This document shows, piece by piece, positions 51,722 to 61,050 of a DNA stretch of 64,000 nt. The position numbers and the translations under genes were made by a program. The notes beneath the pieces are model-generated. The model had not been told where the DNA came from, ran no database searches, and saw only the letters and a program-made list of their open reading frames with translations. Where the stretch lies: assembly GCA_902795435.1 (NCBI GenBank), contig CADBLE010000005.1, positions 2,758 to 66,757 of the forward strand. The letters are read 5' to 3'. Source of the DNA: an uncultured Pseudomonadota bacterium (GTDB taxonomy: Bacteria; Pseudomonadota; Alphaproteobacteria; Rs-D84). Numbering within the stretch: position 1 is the first letter of the stretch; each line of letters begins with the position of its first letter.

Positions 51722-52687
51722 ATGTTAGAAAAATTGAGAAATGCTTTTATAACAATCATGTCTCAACACAGTGACAAATACAAAGACCTTGTCACACAGC
51801 GCGACAATGCATATAAATTAGAAAAAATGTATCCAATCGCTGTTTTTAATGATATGCAACACAATTTTGCACGCAAAAATAATTATGATTTATCAGGAGC
51901 AAAAAACATTCCTATGTTTGAATCTTATTTGACATACAAAGATGAATGTTGGGCCCGTTATACAAATTATGAAAAACAAAACCCTCAAAACCAAGTTTTG
52001 TTACATGCATTGGCATATAAAAAACTGATTGAAATATACAAAAAATATCTGGATAAAAAATTTGAAAAATGCGGAATAATGACCCAACCAACATCAAAAG
52101 ATATTCCTGTATTATCTGCACAAGAATATAAAAATTTACCAAAACGTTATCGTGGTGCTTTCCGTAAATACAACGATAATTTATACATATTATCTGCACC
52201 ATATAAATCAATGCGTATTTCTTCTACATTTTTAGAAAGTATCTATGTAGTTAAATTATTACAACAGGCAGAACAATTGGTTTCTAAAATTTATCGTGAA
52301 ACCGATAATCCTGATATAGATTTTGGTGGCATGAAAATATACGAAGGCAACAACAAACCACATCCTGCGTTTGTGAAAGATTCTTTTAATTCTATGTTTG
52401 TAACAAATGAACAATTTAACACCATCAAAAAATTACATTCTGTTTTCGTAGAAATATCCAGATTTACTATGCCTTGTGCTGTATATATTCCATCTAAAGA
52501 ATCTGTACATACCAATGCACCTGTGTCTGGGGCGTGGGGTATTTATGATGAATATGAAAAAGAACAAAAACGCAAAGGAACTTATTTGCGCAGTCGTGAA
52601 AAATTACAACCACATATAGACACATATAAAAAAGAACACGCAAAAATTATATCTGAATTGAAAGAAAATCTTGAAAATATAAAATAA
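51722..52687 (+). CDS. hypothetical basic protein (321 aa), paralog B of a tandem pair
   Basis: See paralog A. It starts 11 nt after paralog A and is followed by a terminator. Confidence 0.7.
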   Translation: MLEKLRNAFITIMSQHSDKYKDLVTQRDNAYKLEKMYPIAVFNDMQHNFARKNNYDLSGAKNIPMFESYLTYKDECWARYTNYEKQNPQNQVLLHALAYKKLIEIYKKYLDKKFEKCGIMTQPTSKDIPVLSAQEYKNLPKRYRGAFRKYNDNLYILSAPYKSMRISSTFLESIYVVKLLQQAEQLVSKIYRETDNPDIDFGGMKIYEGNNKPHPAFVKDSFNSMFVTNEQFNTIKKLHSVFVEISRFTMPCAVYIPSKESVHTNAPVSGAWGIYDEYEKEQKRKGTYLRSREKLQPHIDTYKKEHAKIISELKENLENIK

Positions 52688-52716
52688 AAAAGGCCACAAA
52701 TTGTGGCTTTTTTTAT
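52688..52716 (+). terminator. rho-independent terminator
   Basis: Stem gccaca (52693-52698), loop aat, stem tgtggc (52702-52707), then a T-run. Confidence 0.75.
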
Positions 52717-52796
52717 TGAATTAAATTTTAATATTGTTTATTATCAAACAAAATTCAAGGGGGGCAGAGGGAACAAACCAAAAAAGGACAAATAAA

Positions 52797-53762
52797 ATGA
52801 AGGCCTATCTTGATATTCTTAAAAATTGCCTTGAAAACGGCACTTTATCAGATAACAGAACTGGAATTCCAACAATTCGCATACCATGGGGTGCAACATT
52901 TGAACACGATATGTCAAATGGCTTTCCATTGGTCACTACAAAAAAAATGGGATTAAAAAATATATCTACTGAATTGGAATTTTTTATAAATGGTTACACA
53001 GATAAAAAATGGTTACAAGACCGCAAATGCCATATATGGGACGAATGGGCAAATATAGATGCATGGAAACCATCATACGATAAAAAGTTAGAAATGATGG
53101 AAGAACGTGCAAAAAATGCTGGCAGAATCGTATCTGAAGAAGAAAAGAAAGAATTACAAAATCAAGAAATGAACCTTACACGCGATTTGGGTCCAATTTA
53201 TGGATGGCAATGGCGTCATTTCGGCAGTACATATCATTTCAATCCATTTATTGAATCAGATAATTATGATTTAAATAATCCTGGTTTTGACCAATTAAGA
53301 TGGGTTATTGACACCGCTAAAAAAGACCCTAATAATCGTCGTTTGATTGTAAACGCTTGGAATCCAACAGACATGAAAAAGATGGCTTTGCCACCATGTC
53401 ATGTTATGCACCAGATTTTGATTCATAACGGCAAATTGAATTTGATTTGGACACAACGTTCATGCGATATGTTTTTGGGTATACCATATAATATTGCATC
53501 ATACGCAATGTTGCTGTTGTTATACGCAAAAGAATTGGGATATAAACCGGGCGTTTTACGTGGTGAATTACATGATGTTCATATTTACGAAAACCACATT
53601 GACCAGGTAAAAGAACAATTATCCCGCACACCATACAAATTGCCAACGGTTGAAATACCAGATGAAAATTGGCACGGTATGTTGAATTGGCAGGCAAACA
53701 ACGGATTTTCATTAAAAGACTATGTTTGTCATGAATCTATCAAAGGTAATGTTGCCAGATAA
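52797..53762 (+). CDS. thyA: thymidylate synthase ThyA (long form with a roughly 45-aa insert)
   Basis: MKAYLDILKNCLENGT..DRTG, FPLVTTKK, IWDEWA, catalytic ALPPCH, and RSCDMFLGIPYNIASYA. The start is ATG 52797; the ORF-track start is 52734. Confidence 0.95.
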   Translation: MKAYLDILKNCLENGTLSDNRTGIPTIRIPWGATFEHDMSNGFPLVTTKKMGLKNISTELEFFINGYTDKKWLQDRKCHIWDEWANIDAWKPSYDKKLEMMEERAKNAGRIVSEEEKKELQNQEMNLTRDLGPIYGWQWRHFGSTYHFNPFIESDNYDLNNPGFDQLRWVIDTAKKDPNNRRLIVNAWNPTDMKKMALPPCHVMHQILIHNGKLNLIWTQRSCDMFLGIPYNIASYAMLLLLYAKELGYKPGVLRGELHDVHIYENHIDQVKEQLSRTPYKLPTVEIPDENWHGMLNWQANNGFSLKDYVCHESIKGNVAR

Positions 53763-53768
53763 AATCAT

Positions 53769-53799
53769 AAACGCCCGATAAAAAGGGCGTTTTTCTTTT
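53769..53799 (+). terminator. rho-independent terminator of thyA
   Basis: Stem acgccc (53771-53776), loop gataaaaa, stem gggcgt (53785-53790), then a T-run. Confidence 0.8.
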
Positions 53800-53941
53800 G
53801 ATTTTGCTTGATTTTCTTAAAAAAACTCTATATAATACGCTTGATTTCGTGGGTGGGCACGATTTCAATAAGATTAACCCCACAAGACCTCGTCTTTTTA
53901 TAAAAAGCAATATGACGACGGCAAACTTTGTTATAATTCTT

Positions 53942-55642
53942 ATGAAAGATTTATCCAAAGATTTATTTAATCCATTATCCGGCGAAGATTTCGTCCAGAT
54001 GTTTGATAAAAACTATGGCACACAAGAAACTTTGCAGGGAACTTTGCAGGGTTATGCTACAAAAGGAACTGTAAAAGACATCCGTGGCGATTTTGCTATG
54101 GTTGATGTTGGTTTGAAATCAGAAGGCCGTATTCCATTAAAAGAATTCGGTGCATCTGTTCCATCTGTTGGTGATATCATTGACGTTTTCGTAGAACGTT
54201 ATGAATCTCGCGAAGGAACCGCAGTTCTGTCTTATACAAAAGCACGTGCTGAAAAAGCATGGAAAGATTTGGAAAAAACTGTTGCAGAAGGTATTGACCC
54301 AGAAGGAACAATTATTGATGTTGTTCGTGGTGGTTATACTGTTGATATCAACGGTGTATTCGCATTTATGCCATCTTCTCAGGTTGATCATAAACCTGTC
54401 CGTGATGCAAAATCTTTGATTGGCTTGAAAGACAAATTCCGTGTATTAAAAATGGACGCTTTGCGTACAAACGCAATTGTATCCCGTCGTGCAATCCAGG
54501 CTGATACTATCGCTGCTGCACAAAAAGAAGCAATGAAAAACATTTCATTGGGCGCAGTATTAGAAGGTACAGTTAAAAACATCACAGATTACGGTGTATT
54601 CGTAGATTTGGGTGGTGTTGACGGTTTGTTACACGTTACAGATTTGTCTTGGAAACGTATCAATCACCCACGTGAATTGGTTCATGTTGGTGAAAAAATC
54701 AAAGTCAAAGTTATTCAATTTGACCCAGAATCTCATCGTATCTCTTTGGGTGCAAAACAATTGGAAGAAGACCCATGGGAAACAGCTTCCAAAGCATTCA
54801 ATGTTGGCGATACAGTAACTGGTAAAGTTGCATCTTTGACAGATTACGGTGCATTCATTGATTTGGGTAATAATATTGAAGGTTTGGTTCACATGTCTGA
54901 ATTGTCTTGGACCAACAAAAACATTCACCCAAGCAAAGTTTTGCAAAATGGCCAAGAAATCAACGTTGTTGTTTTGGACATTGACCAAGAAAAACGTCGT
55001 ATCTCTTTGGGATACAAACAATTACAAACTAACCCTTGGAAAGAATTCGCAGAATCTCACAAGGTTGGTGACGTTATCACAGGTCCAATCAAAAACACAA
55101 CAGAATTTGGTTTATTCGTTGCTTTGACACCAGACCTTGACGGTATGATTCACATTTCCGATTTGTCTTGGAACAAATTAGACGAAGAAGAATTGAAAAA
55201 ATTCGTTCGTGGTCAAGAAGTGACAGCAAAAATTTTGGACATCAATCCAGAAAAAGAACGTATCACTTTGGGTATCAAACAATTGACAGAATCTGCTGAA
55301 AACAACAGCACAACTATCAAAAAAGGCGCCGTTGTTTGCGGTACAGTTTCTGAAATCACACCAGATGAATTGGTTCTTGATTTGCCAGGCGAAGCAAAAG
55401 GAACAATCCGTCGTACAGATTTATCTCGTGAAAAAGCGGAACAAGACACATCTAAATTCAACATTGGTGATTCCGTAGAAGCATCTGTTGTTTCTGTAGA
55501 TGGTAACAATGTTAAATTGTCTATCCGTGCTTTACAGGTAACTTTGGAAAAGCAAGCAGTTAAAGAATTCGCTAACGAAGCCGATTCTGGTTCCGTATTG
55601 GGCGACATCTTGGGTGCTGCAATTGAAAACAGCAAAAAATAA
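53942..55642 (+). CDS. rpsA: 30S ribosomal protein S1
   Basis: Six S1 (OB-fold) repeats, e.g. G.V..I.DYGVFVDLGGVDGLLH.SE/DLSW. The likely start is MKDLSKDLF at 53942; the ORF-track start at 53798 runs through promoter-like and 5-prime UTR sequence. Confidence 0.95.
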   Translation: MKDLSKDLFNPLSGEDFVQMFDKNYGTQETLQGTLQGYATKGTVKDIRGDFAMVDVGLKSEGRIPLKEFGASVPSVGDIIDVFVERYESREGTAVLSYTKARAEKAWKDLEKTVAEGIDPEGTIIDVVRGGYTVDINGVFAFMPSSQVDHKPVRDAKSLIGLKDKFRVLKMDALRTNAIVSRRAIQADTIAAAQKEAMKNISLGAVLEGTVKNITDYGVFVDLGGVDGLLHVTDLSWKRINHPRELVHVGEKIKVKVIQFDPESHRISLGAKQLEEDPWETASKAFNVGDTVTGKVASLTDYGAFIDLGNNIEGLVHMSELSWTNKNIHPSKVLQNGQEINVVVLDIDQEKRRISLGYKQLQTNPWKEFAESHKVGDVITGPIKNTTEFGLFVALTPDLDGMIHISDLSWNKLDEEELKKFVRGQEVTAKILDINPEKERITLGIKQLTESAENNSTTIKKGAVVCGTVSEITPDELVLDLPGEAKGTIRRTDLSREKAEQDTSKFNIGDSVEASVVSVDGNNVKLSIRALQVTLEKQAVKEFANEADSGSVLGDILGAAIENSKK

Positions 55643-55664
55643 TTTTTGATTGTTTTAACCTTAT

Positions 55665-55698
55665 AAAAGTCCCACTTTTTTGTGGGACTTTTTATTTT
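55665..55698 (+). terminator. rho-independent terminator of rpsA
   Basis: Stem aaagtcccac (55666-55675), loop tttttt, stem gtgggacttt (55682-55691), then a T-run. Confidence 0.85.
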
Positions 55699-55741
55699 AT
55701 TTGTGATAAAATACACAATAATAAAAAAAAGAGGTTATTTT

Positions 55742-56299
55742 ATGAAACCAGAAATGCTTGTTTTTGTTGGTGGCCAGGGTTCAGGCAAGGGCACTTTCGC
55801 TAAAATGTTATTAAAGCAACATAATTATAATTATATAGAAGCGGGCGATATATTACGTCAAATGCCAAACGACAGTGAAATAGGTAAAAAAATTGCCCGT
55901 GGTGAATTATTACAAGACGAAGAATTATTTCCCATTATTGAAAAATACATAACAACAGACAAAGATATTATCATGGACGGTTTTCCACGAACAATTGGTC
56001 AAGCCAAATGGTTGGTTGAAAAATATTCTGATATATTTAATATCCGTGTTATCTTTCTGAACATCACAGAAGAAAGAATGATTGCACGTATCAAGAACAG
56101 AATAAAAGAGGGCGGAAATCGTGCGGACGATATGGATGAAAACGCTGTCCGGAAACGTATTGCCGCGTTCAAAACAATAACCATGCCGGCAATTGAATGG
56201 TTATCTACAAAACCTGATGGTATTGAATTCTTTGATATAAAATTACCAGGTGATGATGTAGATATAAATTTCAATTATATAATGAAAACCATCAAATAA
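55742..56299 (+). CDS. adenylate kinase family nucleoside-monophosphate kinase (short, lid-less)
   Basis: P-loop GGQGSGKGT, ...AGDILR..., DGFPRT, and ...R.DD....V.KR. ATG 55742 is preceded by AAGAGG. Confidence 0.8.
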   Translation: MKPEMLVFVGGQGSGKGTFAKMLLKQHNYNYIEAGDILRQMPNDSEIGKKIARGELLQDEELFPIIEKYITTDKDIIMDGFPRTIGQAKWLVEKYSDIFNIRVIFLNITEERMIARIKNRIKEGGNRADDMDENAVRKRIAAFKTITMPAIEWLSTKPDGIEFFDIKLPGDDVDINFNYIMKTIK

Positions 56300-56328
56300 A
56301 AAAATCGCCAAACGGCGAGTTTTTTATT
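56300..56328. terminator. bidirectional rho-independent terminator
   Basis: Stem tcgcc (56305-56309), loop aaac, stem ggcga (56314-56318), then a T-run. It matches the rnpB/tolA terminator at 38186-38215 at 29 of 30 nt. Confidence 0.75.
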
Positions 56329-56608
56329 TTTGTTCTTTTGCTTTCTTATTTGCAAAGGCGACTATCCCTAAACCTGCAACAATTGAACCATATAACAAAA
56401 AAGCTTCAGCAAGCGATTTTCCAAAAGATTTTTCTTCAATATCAGATGGCAAAACACCATTTGTTTGATATTCAGTTTGTTCGCTTGGTGTCATATATGC
56501 ACGTTCATCATATGCTTTTGCTTTTGGTGATAAAGCCAAAGACATAAGGGCAATCAAAGCCATTTTCTTGCCACCAACCAACAAATTATTCATTTTTTGT
56601 TTTGACAT
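56324..56608 (-). CDS. small secreted/membrane-anchored protein (94 aa)
   Basis: The likely start is MSKQKMNNLL at 56608 (SD GAAGGG). It has a signal-like segment ALIALMSLALSPKAKA and a C-terminal hydrophobic helix. Confidence 0.5.
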   Translation of the reverse strand: MSKQKMNNLLVGGKKMALIALMSLALSPKAKAYDERAYMTPSEQTEYQTNGVLPSDIEEKSFGKSLAEAFLLYGSIVAGLGIVAFANKKAKEQK

Positions 56609-56671
56609 TATAAACCCTTCTATTTCTATAAGAAAAATATAATACAAAAAATATTTATTGTCAATATTTAG

Positions 56672-57556
56672 TTAAAACACACGACGACGGGCGATTGTGT
56701 ATAAACCATATCCGGTCAATAAAACCATAATACAGATAAATATTACCAATGCGGTGTGTGCATGGTTCGCGTATGGTAATTCCATATTCATTCCGTAATA
56801 GCCAACAACCACACTTGGTACCATCAAAACAATGTTCCAAATTGTTAAACGATTAATGTAAGTATTGGAATCTATGTTAATGACGCTTTCAAATGTTTCT
56901 TTGATAGATTTTAACATCTTGCTGTAACTGGTCACAACTTCAATGGCCTGGTTAAATTCAATACGGGCATCTTCGGATAATTCTTGGTTGTCTTCGTCTT
57001 TTACAAAACCACGCAATTTATCCAATTTATCCATAACTGCAATATTACCTTTTAATGATGCCATATATAAAGTATATGCATTTTCAACTTCCAATAACTG
57101 CATCAATTCTTGTTTACGAATATTTTCTTGTAATGCTTTTTTAGAATTTACAACTTTCTTGTTTAATTCTTTCAATGCACGCAGATAAGATTCAGCAATA
57201 TAATAAATTATATTCAAAATAAATGTTTCGCGTGTATTCATTTCGTCATCTTTGATTTTATCTAACAAATCACATCTTTTACGACAAACAGTTATAACAT
57301 GTTTATTAGAATAAATAATAGACAATGGTTCGGTGTGCCATGTTGTATCCATTTCACGGTTTGCAATAGGGAAACGAACAATTATAACCTTGTAATCATC
57401 TTCTAATTCAAGACGTGGTTGTTCATCAGGGTCCAAAATATCTGATATAGTATCTTCGTCTATTTTGTATTCGGTCAATAAACGTTCAAAATCTTCATGA
57501 TCTGGGTTACCAACATTTACCCAAGAGAATGTTTTTAATTTCTTTGTGTCAAACAT
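56672..57556 (-). CDS. corA: CorA family magnesium/cobalt transporter
   Basis: 294 aa with a C-terminal pair of TM helices and the YGMN signature (GYYGMNMELPY). Confidence 0.9.
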   Translation of the reverse strand: MFDTKKLKTFSWVNVGNPDHEDFERLLTEYKIDEDTISDILDPDEQPRLELEDDYKVIIVRFPIANREMDTTWHTEPLSIIYSNKHVITVCRKRCDLLDKIKDDEMNTRETFILNIIYYIAESYLRALKELNKKVVNSKKALQENIRKQELMQLLEVENAYTLYMASLKGNIAVMDKLDKLRGFVKDEDNQELSEDARIEFNQAIEVVTSYSKMLKSIKETFESVINIDSNTYINRLTIWNIVLMVPSVVVGYYGMNMELPYANHAHTALVIFICIMVLLTGYGLYTIARRRVF

Positions 57557-57763
57557 GGCATTCTCCTTTATTTTTAATTGGAAAATTCATCTCTTATAAA
57601 ACGTAAGAATTTTATCATAAAAAGTGTAAAAATCAACTTTTTTTGACACACAAAAAACACACGAAAAAACAGTGTTTTTGGGTACTTATATTTTTTACTT
57701 GCACGAATCGGTAAAATGTTACTAGTATTCGCTTGAAGTATAACAAAAGGAAAGGGCAAAACA

Positions 57764-58138
57764 ATGATAGTTGGAATTGGTATAGACCTGGTAGAAAGCG
57801 ACAGATTTCTTGATTGGTCTGCATTTAAGAAACAACGTATCTTTACAAAATCAGAACTAGAATATGCCGAAAACGATTCTGCAAATGCTGAAAAACATCT
57901 TGCTAATTTCTGGGCTGCCCGCGAAGCGGCGTTGAAAGCATTAGGCACAGGTTTCAGCGAAGAAATTTCTTTTTCAGATATATCTGTTGAACATGATGAT
58001 AATGGCCGTCCTGAATTGGTTATTGTTGGCGGTGCAAAAAATGTATTGAAAGAAATCGCCGGTGCAAATGCACATGTTATGTTATCCATCACAGACCAAT
58101 CTGATTATTCTGCAGCAATGGTTGTGATTGAAAAATAA
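57764..58138 (+). CDS. acpS: holo-[acyl-carrier-protein] synthase
   Basis: MIVGIGIDLVESDRF..., ...FWAAREAALKALGTG..., 124 aa. Confidence 0.93.
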   Translation: MIVGIGIDLVESDRFLDWSAFKKQRIFTKSELEYAENDSANAEKHLANFWAAREAALKALGTGFSEEISFSDISVEHDDNGRPELVIVGGAKNVLKEIAGANAHVMLSITDQSDYSAAMVVIEK

Positions 58139-58154
58139 TAAAAAAACAAAATTA

Positions 58155-58183
58155 AAAAAACCGCCATTTGGCGGTTTTTTTTA
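58155..58183. terminator. bidirectional rho-independent terminator
   Basis: Stem ccgcc (58161-58165), loop attt, stem ggcgg (58170-58174), flanked by an A-run and a T-run. Confidence 0.8.
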
Positions 58184-60265
58184 TTCTTCGTATTCCATTT
58201 CGGCCTGATATTGCGCTTCTTCTTCATCATAAGACAAATCATCAGGATTTACAGGTACAGATTCTGCTTCTTCTGACGGCAGAGATTCATCTTCTGATTC
58301 TGGTACAACATCGGTTTCTTCTGGCTGTGATTCTGAAACGAATATATCGTCATGTTTAGAAGAAACTTCATACACAGGTTTATCAACAACCGGTTCCGCG
58401 ATTGGTTCTTCATCAACTTCTTCTTCGTTTACCATTCCAGATGTCATAACATTAGCAGGAACCGCATCCAACACAACCGGTTCTGTTGGTTCTTCCGCTG
58501 GTGTTTCTTCTTCTACAAAAACATCATCTTCAACCGGTGCTGGTTCTTCAACAACAGGTTCTTCTGCGGTTGTTTCTTCAACGACAGGTTGTTGTTCAAC
58601 AACTGGTTCTTCTGGCATTGGTTCTTTTTCTTCTGACACAGGTTCTGTCACATCAAGAAAAACTTCATCTGCATCAACAACAACATCTTTTGGTTCATTT
58701 GAAACAGTTTTTTCTGGTTCTGCTTGCTGTTCAACAGTTGGTGCAACCAAAGAAGGTGTTGTTGTTTGCATATTCTTTTGATATGCCCACAATGTGAACA
58801 CAGACAAAACAATCAAAACCAATAATAATATGTAATATATGAACGCAGGTTTAGAACGTTCTTGTTTTACAACATCCATATAATTCTGTAAATTTTGTGG
58901 TTCTGTTTTTGGTGCATTATCTATCTGAGGCACAGGTGGCATAGGTCTTATTACATTTTCAACCGGTGCAGGTTCTTCAACAATTGGTTCTTGCACAGCC
59001 ACAACAGGTTCTTCTTCAACCGGTGCATCTGTTATATCCGCCACAGGTTCTATTGGTGTAAATGTTTCAAGCACAGGTTTTTCTTCTGTGGTATCTGGCA
59101 AAACATTTTCAACAGGTTTAATTTCCAATGGTGTGTATTCTTGTTCTTCCAATACCGGTGGAACGAAATCAACATCTTCTGATTTTTCTGGTTCTTCAAC
59201 ATTCATCATGTTTGTGTATTCTTCCACAGATGGTTCAGGAACAGGAATTTCTTGAAATTCTGAAACACTTTGTTCCGATTTAACCGGTGTATCTTGAATT
59301 TCATTTGAATATTCCGAAGTAAATACTGGTGTATCAAAATTAATTGGTTTGAACGCGATTTCTTCGTTCATAATTTCAGGGTCTTTGTCAAACAAAGGTT
59401 TTATTTCTGATTTTTCTTCTTCAACTTCATCAATTTCTTCATCATATTCTTCGTCATCATCAAAATCTTCTGGTTCTGATGCAACTTCATATTTAGGTGC
59501 AACAGAAACAGCCTTGCTTTTTGGAGCAGGGGTTTGATGAACAATTTGTGTTTCTGGTTGATTTAACAAATCACTTGCTAATTCTGCATCAACGGTTGCG
59601 ATTTCCAATCTTTTTTGTGCAGATTCCAAACGCTTTTTAGCACGTTTAATTTTTTCATTTGTCGCATCTATCTGAGATTCAATACGCAAAATCTTGGACG
59701 CAGATTGTTTTGTTGGCACTTTGCCAATTTCTTTTTTCTGTTGTGATAACTTTGCACGCAAAGATTTCAATCTTTCCTGTAATCTGATAACTGTTTCTTT
59801 TGTGCGAACGATTGTAGCATTTGTTTTTGTTATAATTTCATTTGCAACATTTAATCTGGTCATAGCACTGTGTCGGGCCGCAGAATCACGCAAAATATTT
59901 AATTGAACCACATGTTCAGAAATATCATCACCCGCAACATAAGCATTGATTAAATTTTCATAAACATTTAATCCAGAATATTCAATATCTAATTTTTGAT
60001 ATTTATTATCTTGCTTTGGACGAATAGTTTCCAAATCAACATTATATTGACCAGATAAAATTTCATCCCATTTTTTATCGCCATCTGGATTTATAACCAA
60101 CAAGACATTTGGTTTCTTTTCCGTAATGGTATTATCAACGACAAATACCAAAACATCATTTTCATCATAGAAAGCATTTATATGATTGTTTTCTATTAAA
60201 TATGGACGCATAACTAAATCGCCATAATTTGTTTCAGAAGAAATATCTGTTCTCTCTCCAATCAT
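58181..60265 (-). CDS. acidic Pro/Glu/Val-rich bitopic membrane protein (694 aa), unknown function
   Basis: Long ORF containing an N-terminal globular part, a basic coiled-coil-like segment, a DE-rich stretch (EPEDFDDDEEYDEEIDEVEEEKSE), a single TM (AFIYYILLLVLIVLSVFTLWAY, nt about 58800-58865) and a C-terminal (E)EPVVE-type repeat region. Confidence 0.75.
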   Translation of the reverse strand: MIGERTDISSETNYGDLVMRPYLIENNHINAFYDENDVLVFVVDNTITEKKPNVLLVINPDGDKKWDEILSGQYNVDLETIRPKQDNKYQKLDIEYSGLNVYENLINAYVAGDDISEHVVQLNILRDSAARHSAMTRLNVANEIITKTNATIVRTKETVIRLQERLKSLRAKLSQQKKEIGKVPTKQSASKILRIESQIDATNEKIKRAKKRLESAQKRLEIATVDAELASDLLNQPETQIVHQTPAPKSKAVSVAPKYEVASEPEDFDDDEEYDEEIDEVEEEKSEIKPLFDKDPEIMNEEIAFKPINFDTPVFTSEYSNEIQDTPVKSEQSVSEFQEIPVPEPSVEEYTNMMNVEEPEKSEDVDFVPPVLEEQEYTPLEIKPVENVLPDTTEEKPVLETFTPIEPVADITDAPVEEEPVVAVQEPIVEEPAPVENVIRPMPPVPQIDNAPKTEPQNLQNYMDVVKQERSKPAFIYYILLLVLIVLSVFTLWAYQKNMQTTTPSLVAPTVEQQAEPEKTVSNEPKDVVVDADEVFLDVTEPVSEEKEPMPEEPVVEQQPVVEETTAEEPVVEEPAPVEDDVFVEEETPAEEPTEPVVLDAVPANVMTSGMVNEEEVDEEPIAEPVVDKPVYEVSSKHDDIFVSESQPEETDVVPESEDESLPSEEAESVPVNPDDLSYDEEEAQYQAEMEYEE

Positions 60266-60282
60266 TTGGCATCTCCCGTTTT

Positions 60283-60978
60283 TTATTTTTTCTTTGGTGG
60301 TGTGAATTGATATGCCTGACGACAGTGTTCATAACAATAAGGTTTACCAGAGAAAACCTGTTCACCACAAAAATGGAAATTATCTGAATCAGGGTCGCCA
60401 ATTGGCCAACGACACTGGTTAGTTTTAAGATTAGCCATCTGTAAAGCGTGTTGAATCAACAATTCATGCAAAGCCAAATCTTTTTTTGTCTTTTTAGACG
60501 CAGTTTTAATTACTGGTTTTTCTTCAACTGGTTCTTTTACAGATTTTGTTTTAACTGCTGGTTTAACTGCTTTTTTAACTTCTTTCTTTGGTGCAATTTT
60601 TTCAACTTTCTTTGCAGCTGCCTTTTTAACAGGTGTTGCTTTTTTATTTGCTGTTTTTGGTGTGACAGTTGTTTTTTTTGCAACTTTCTTGGTTGTTTCT
60701 GCCTTTTTAACAGGTTTTACAGTTGTCTTTTTTACAACCTTGGTTTCTGCTTTTTTGACAACTTTCTTTGCAACTTCTTTTTTAGCCACAGTTTTTTTAG
60801 CAGGGGCTTTCTTGTCTGTTTTTTCTGTTGCCTTGGCATTCCAACCCAAACGGTTCAATTTGCCAACAACAGCATTTTTAGACATACCTAATTTTTTGCC
60901 CATTTCAGAAGTTGATAAACCTTTGCCAACCAAAGATTTAAGTTTTTTCAACATATTTTCGTTCCAGCCTTTACTCAT
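60283..60978 (-). CDS. gcrA: GcrA cell-cycle regulator with expanded Lys-rich linker
   Basis: N-terminus W.E....LK.L...G.S.SE....LG.SKNAVVGK.NRLG and C-terminus CRWPIGDPDSDNFHFCGE....GKPYCYEHCRQAYQ are GcrA hallmarks. The central roughly 115 aa are K/A/V/T-rich. Confidence 0.9.
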   Translation of the reverse strand: MSKGWNENMLKKLKSLVGKGLSTSEMGKKLGMSKNAVVGKLNRLGWNAKATEKTDKKAPAKKTVAKKEVAKKVVKKAETKVVKKTTVKPVKKAETTKKVAKKTTVTPKTANKKATPVKKAAAKKVEKIAPKKEVKKAVKPAVKTKSVKEPVEEKPVIKTASKKTKKDLALHELLIQHALQMANLKTNQCRWPIGDPDSDNFHFCGEQVFSGKPYCYEHCRQAYQFTPPKKK

Positions 60979-61050
60979 GATAAAAAGTCCTTGTTTTTAT
61001 ATCTGGTATAATTGTATCATAAAAACGAATCGAAACGCAAGAGGGAAAAC

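Noticed and set aside
57574-58092. A 172-aa minus-strand ORF opposite acpS. Similar antisense ORFs lie opposite rpsA (55213-55716, 54629-55021), tig (49930-50337), the response regulator/kinase (43069-43353, 43468-43929) and gcrA (60448-60891, 60662-61054).
   Set aside because: Each lies antisense to a confidently identified conserved gene and has low-complexity or biased composition.
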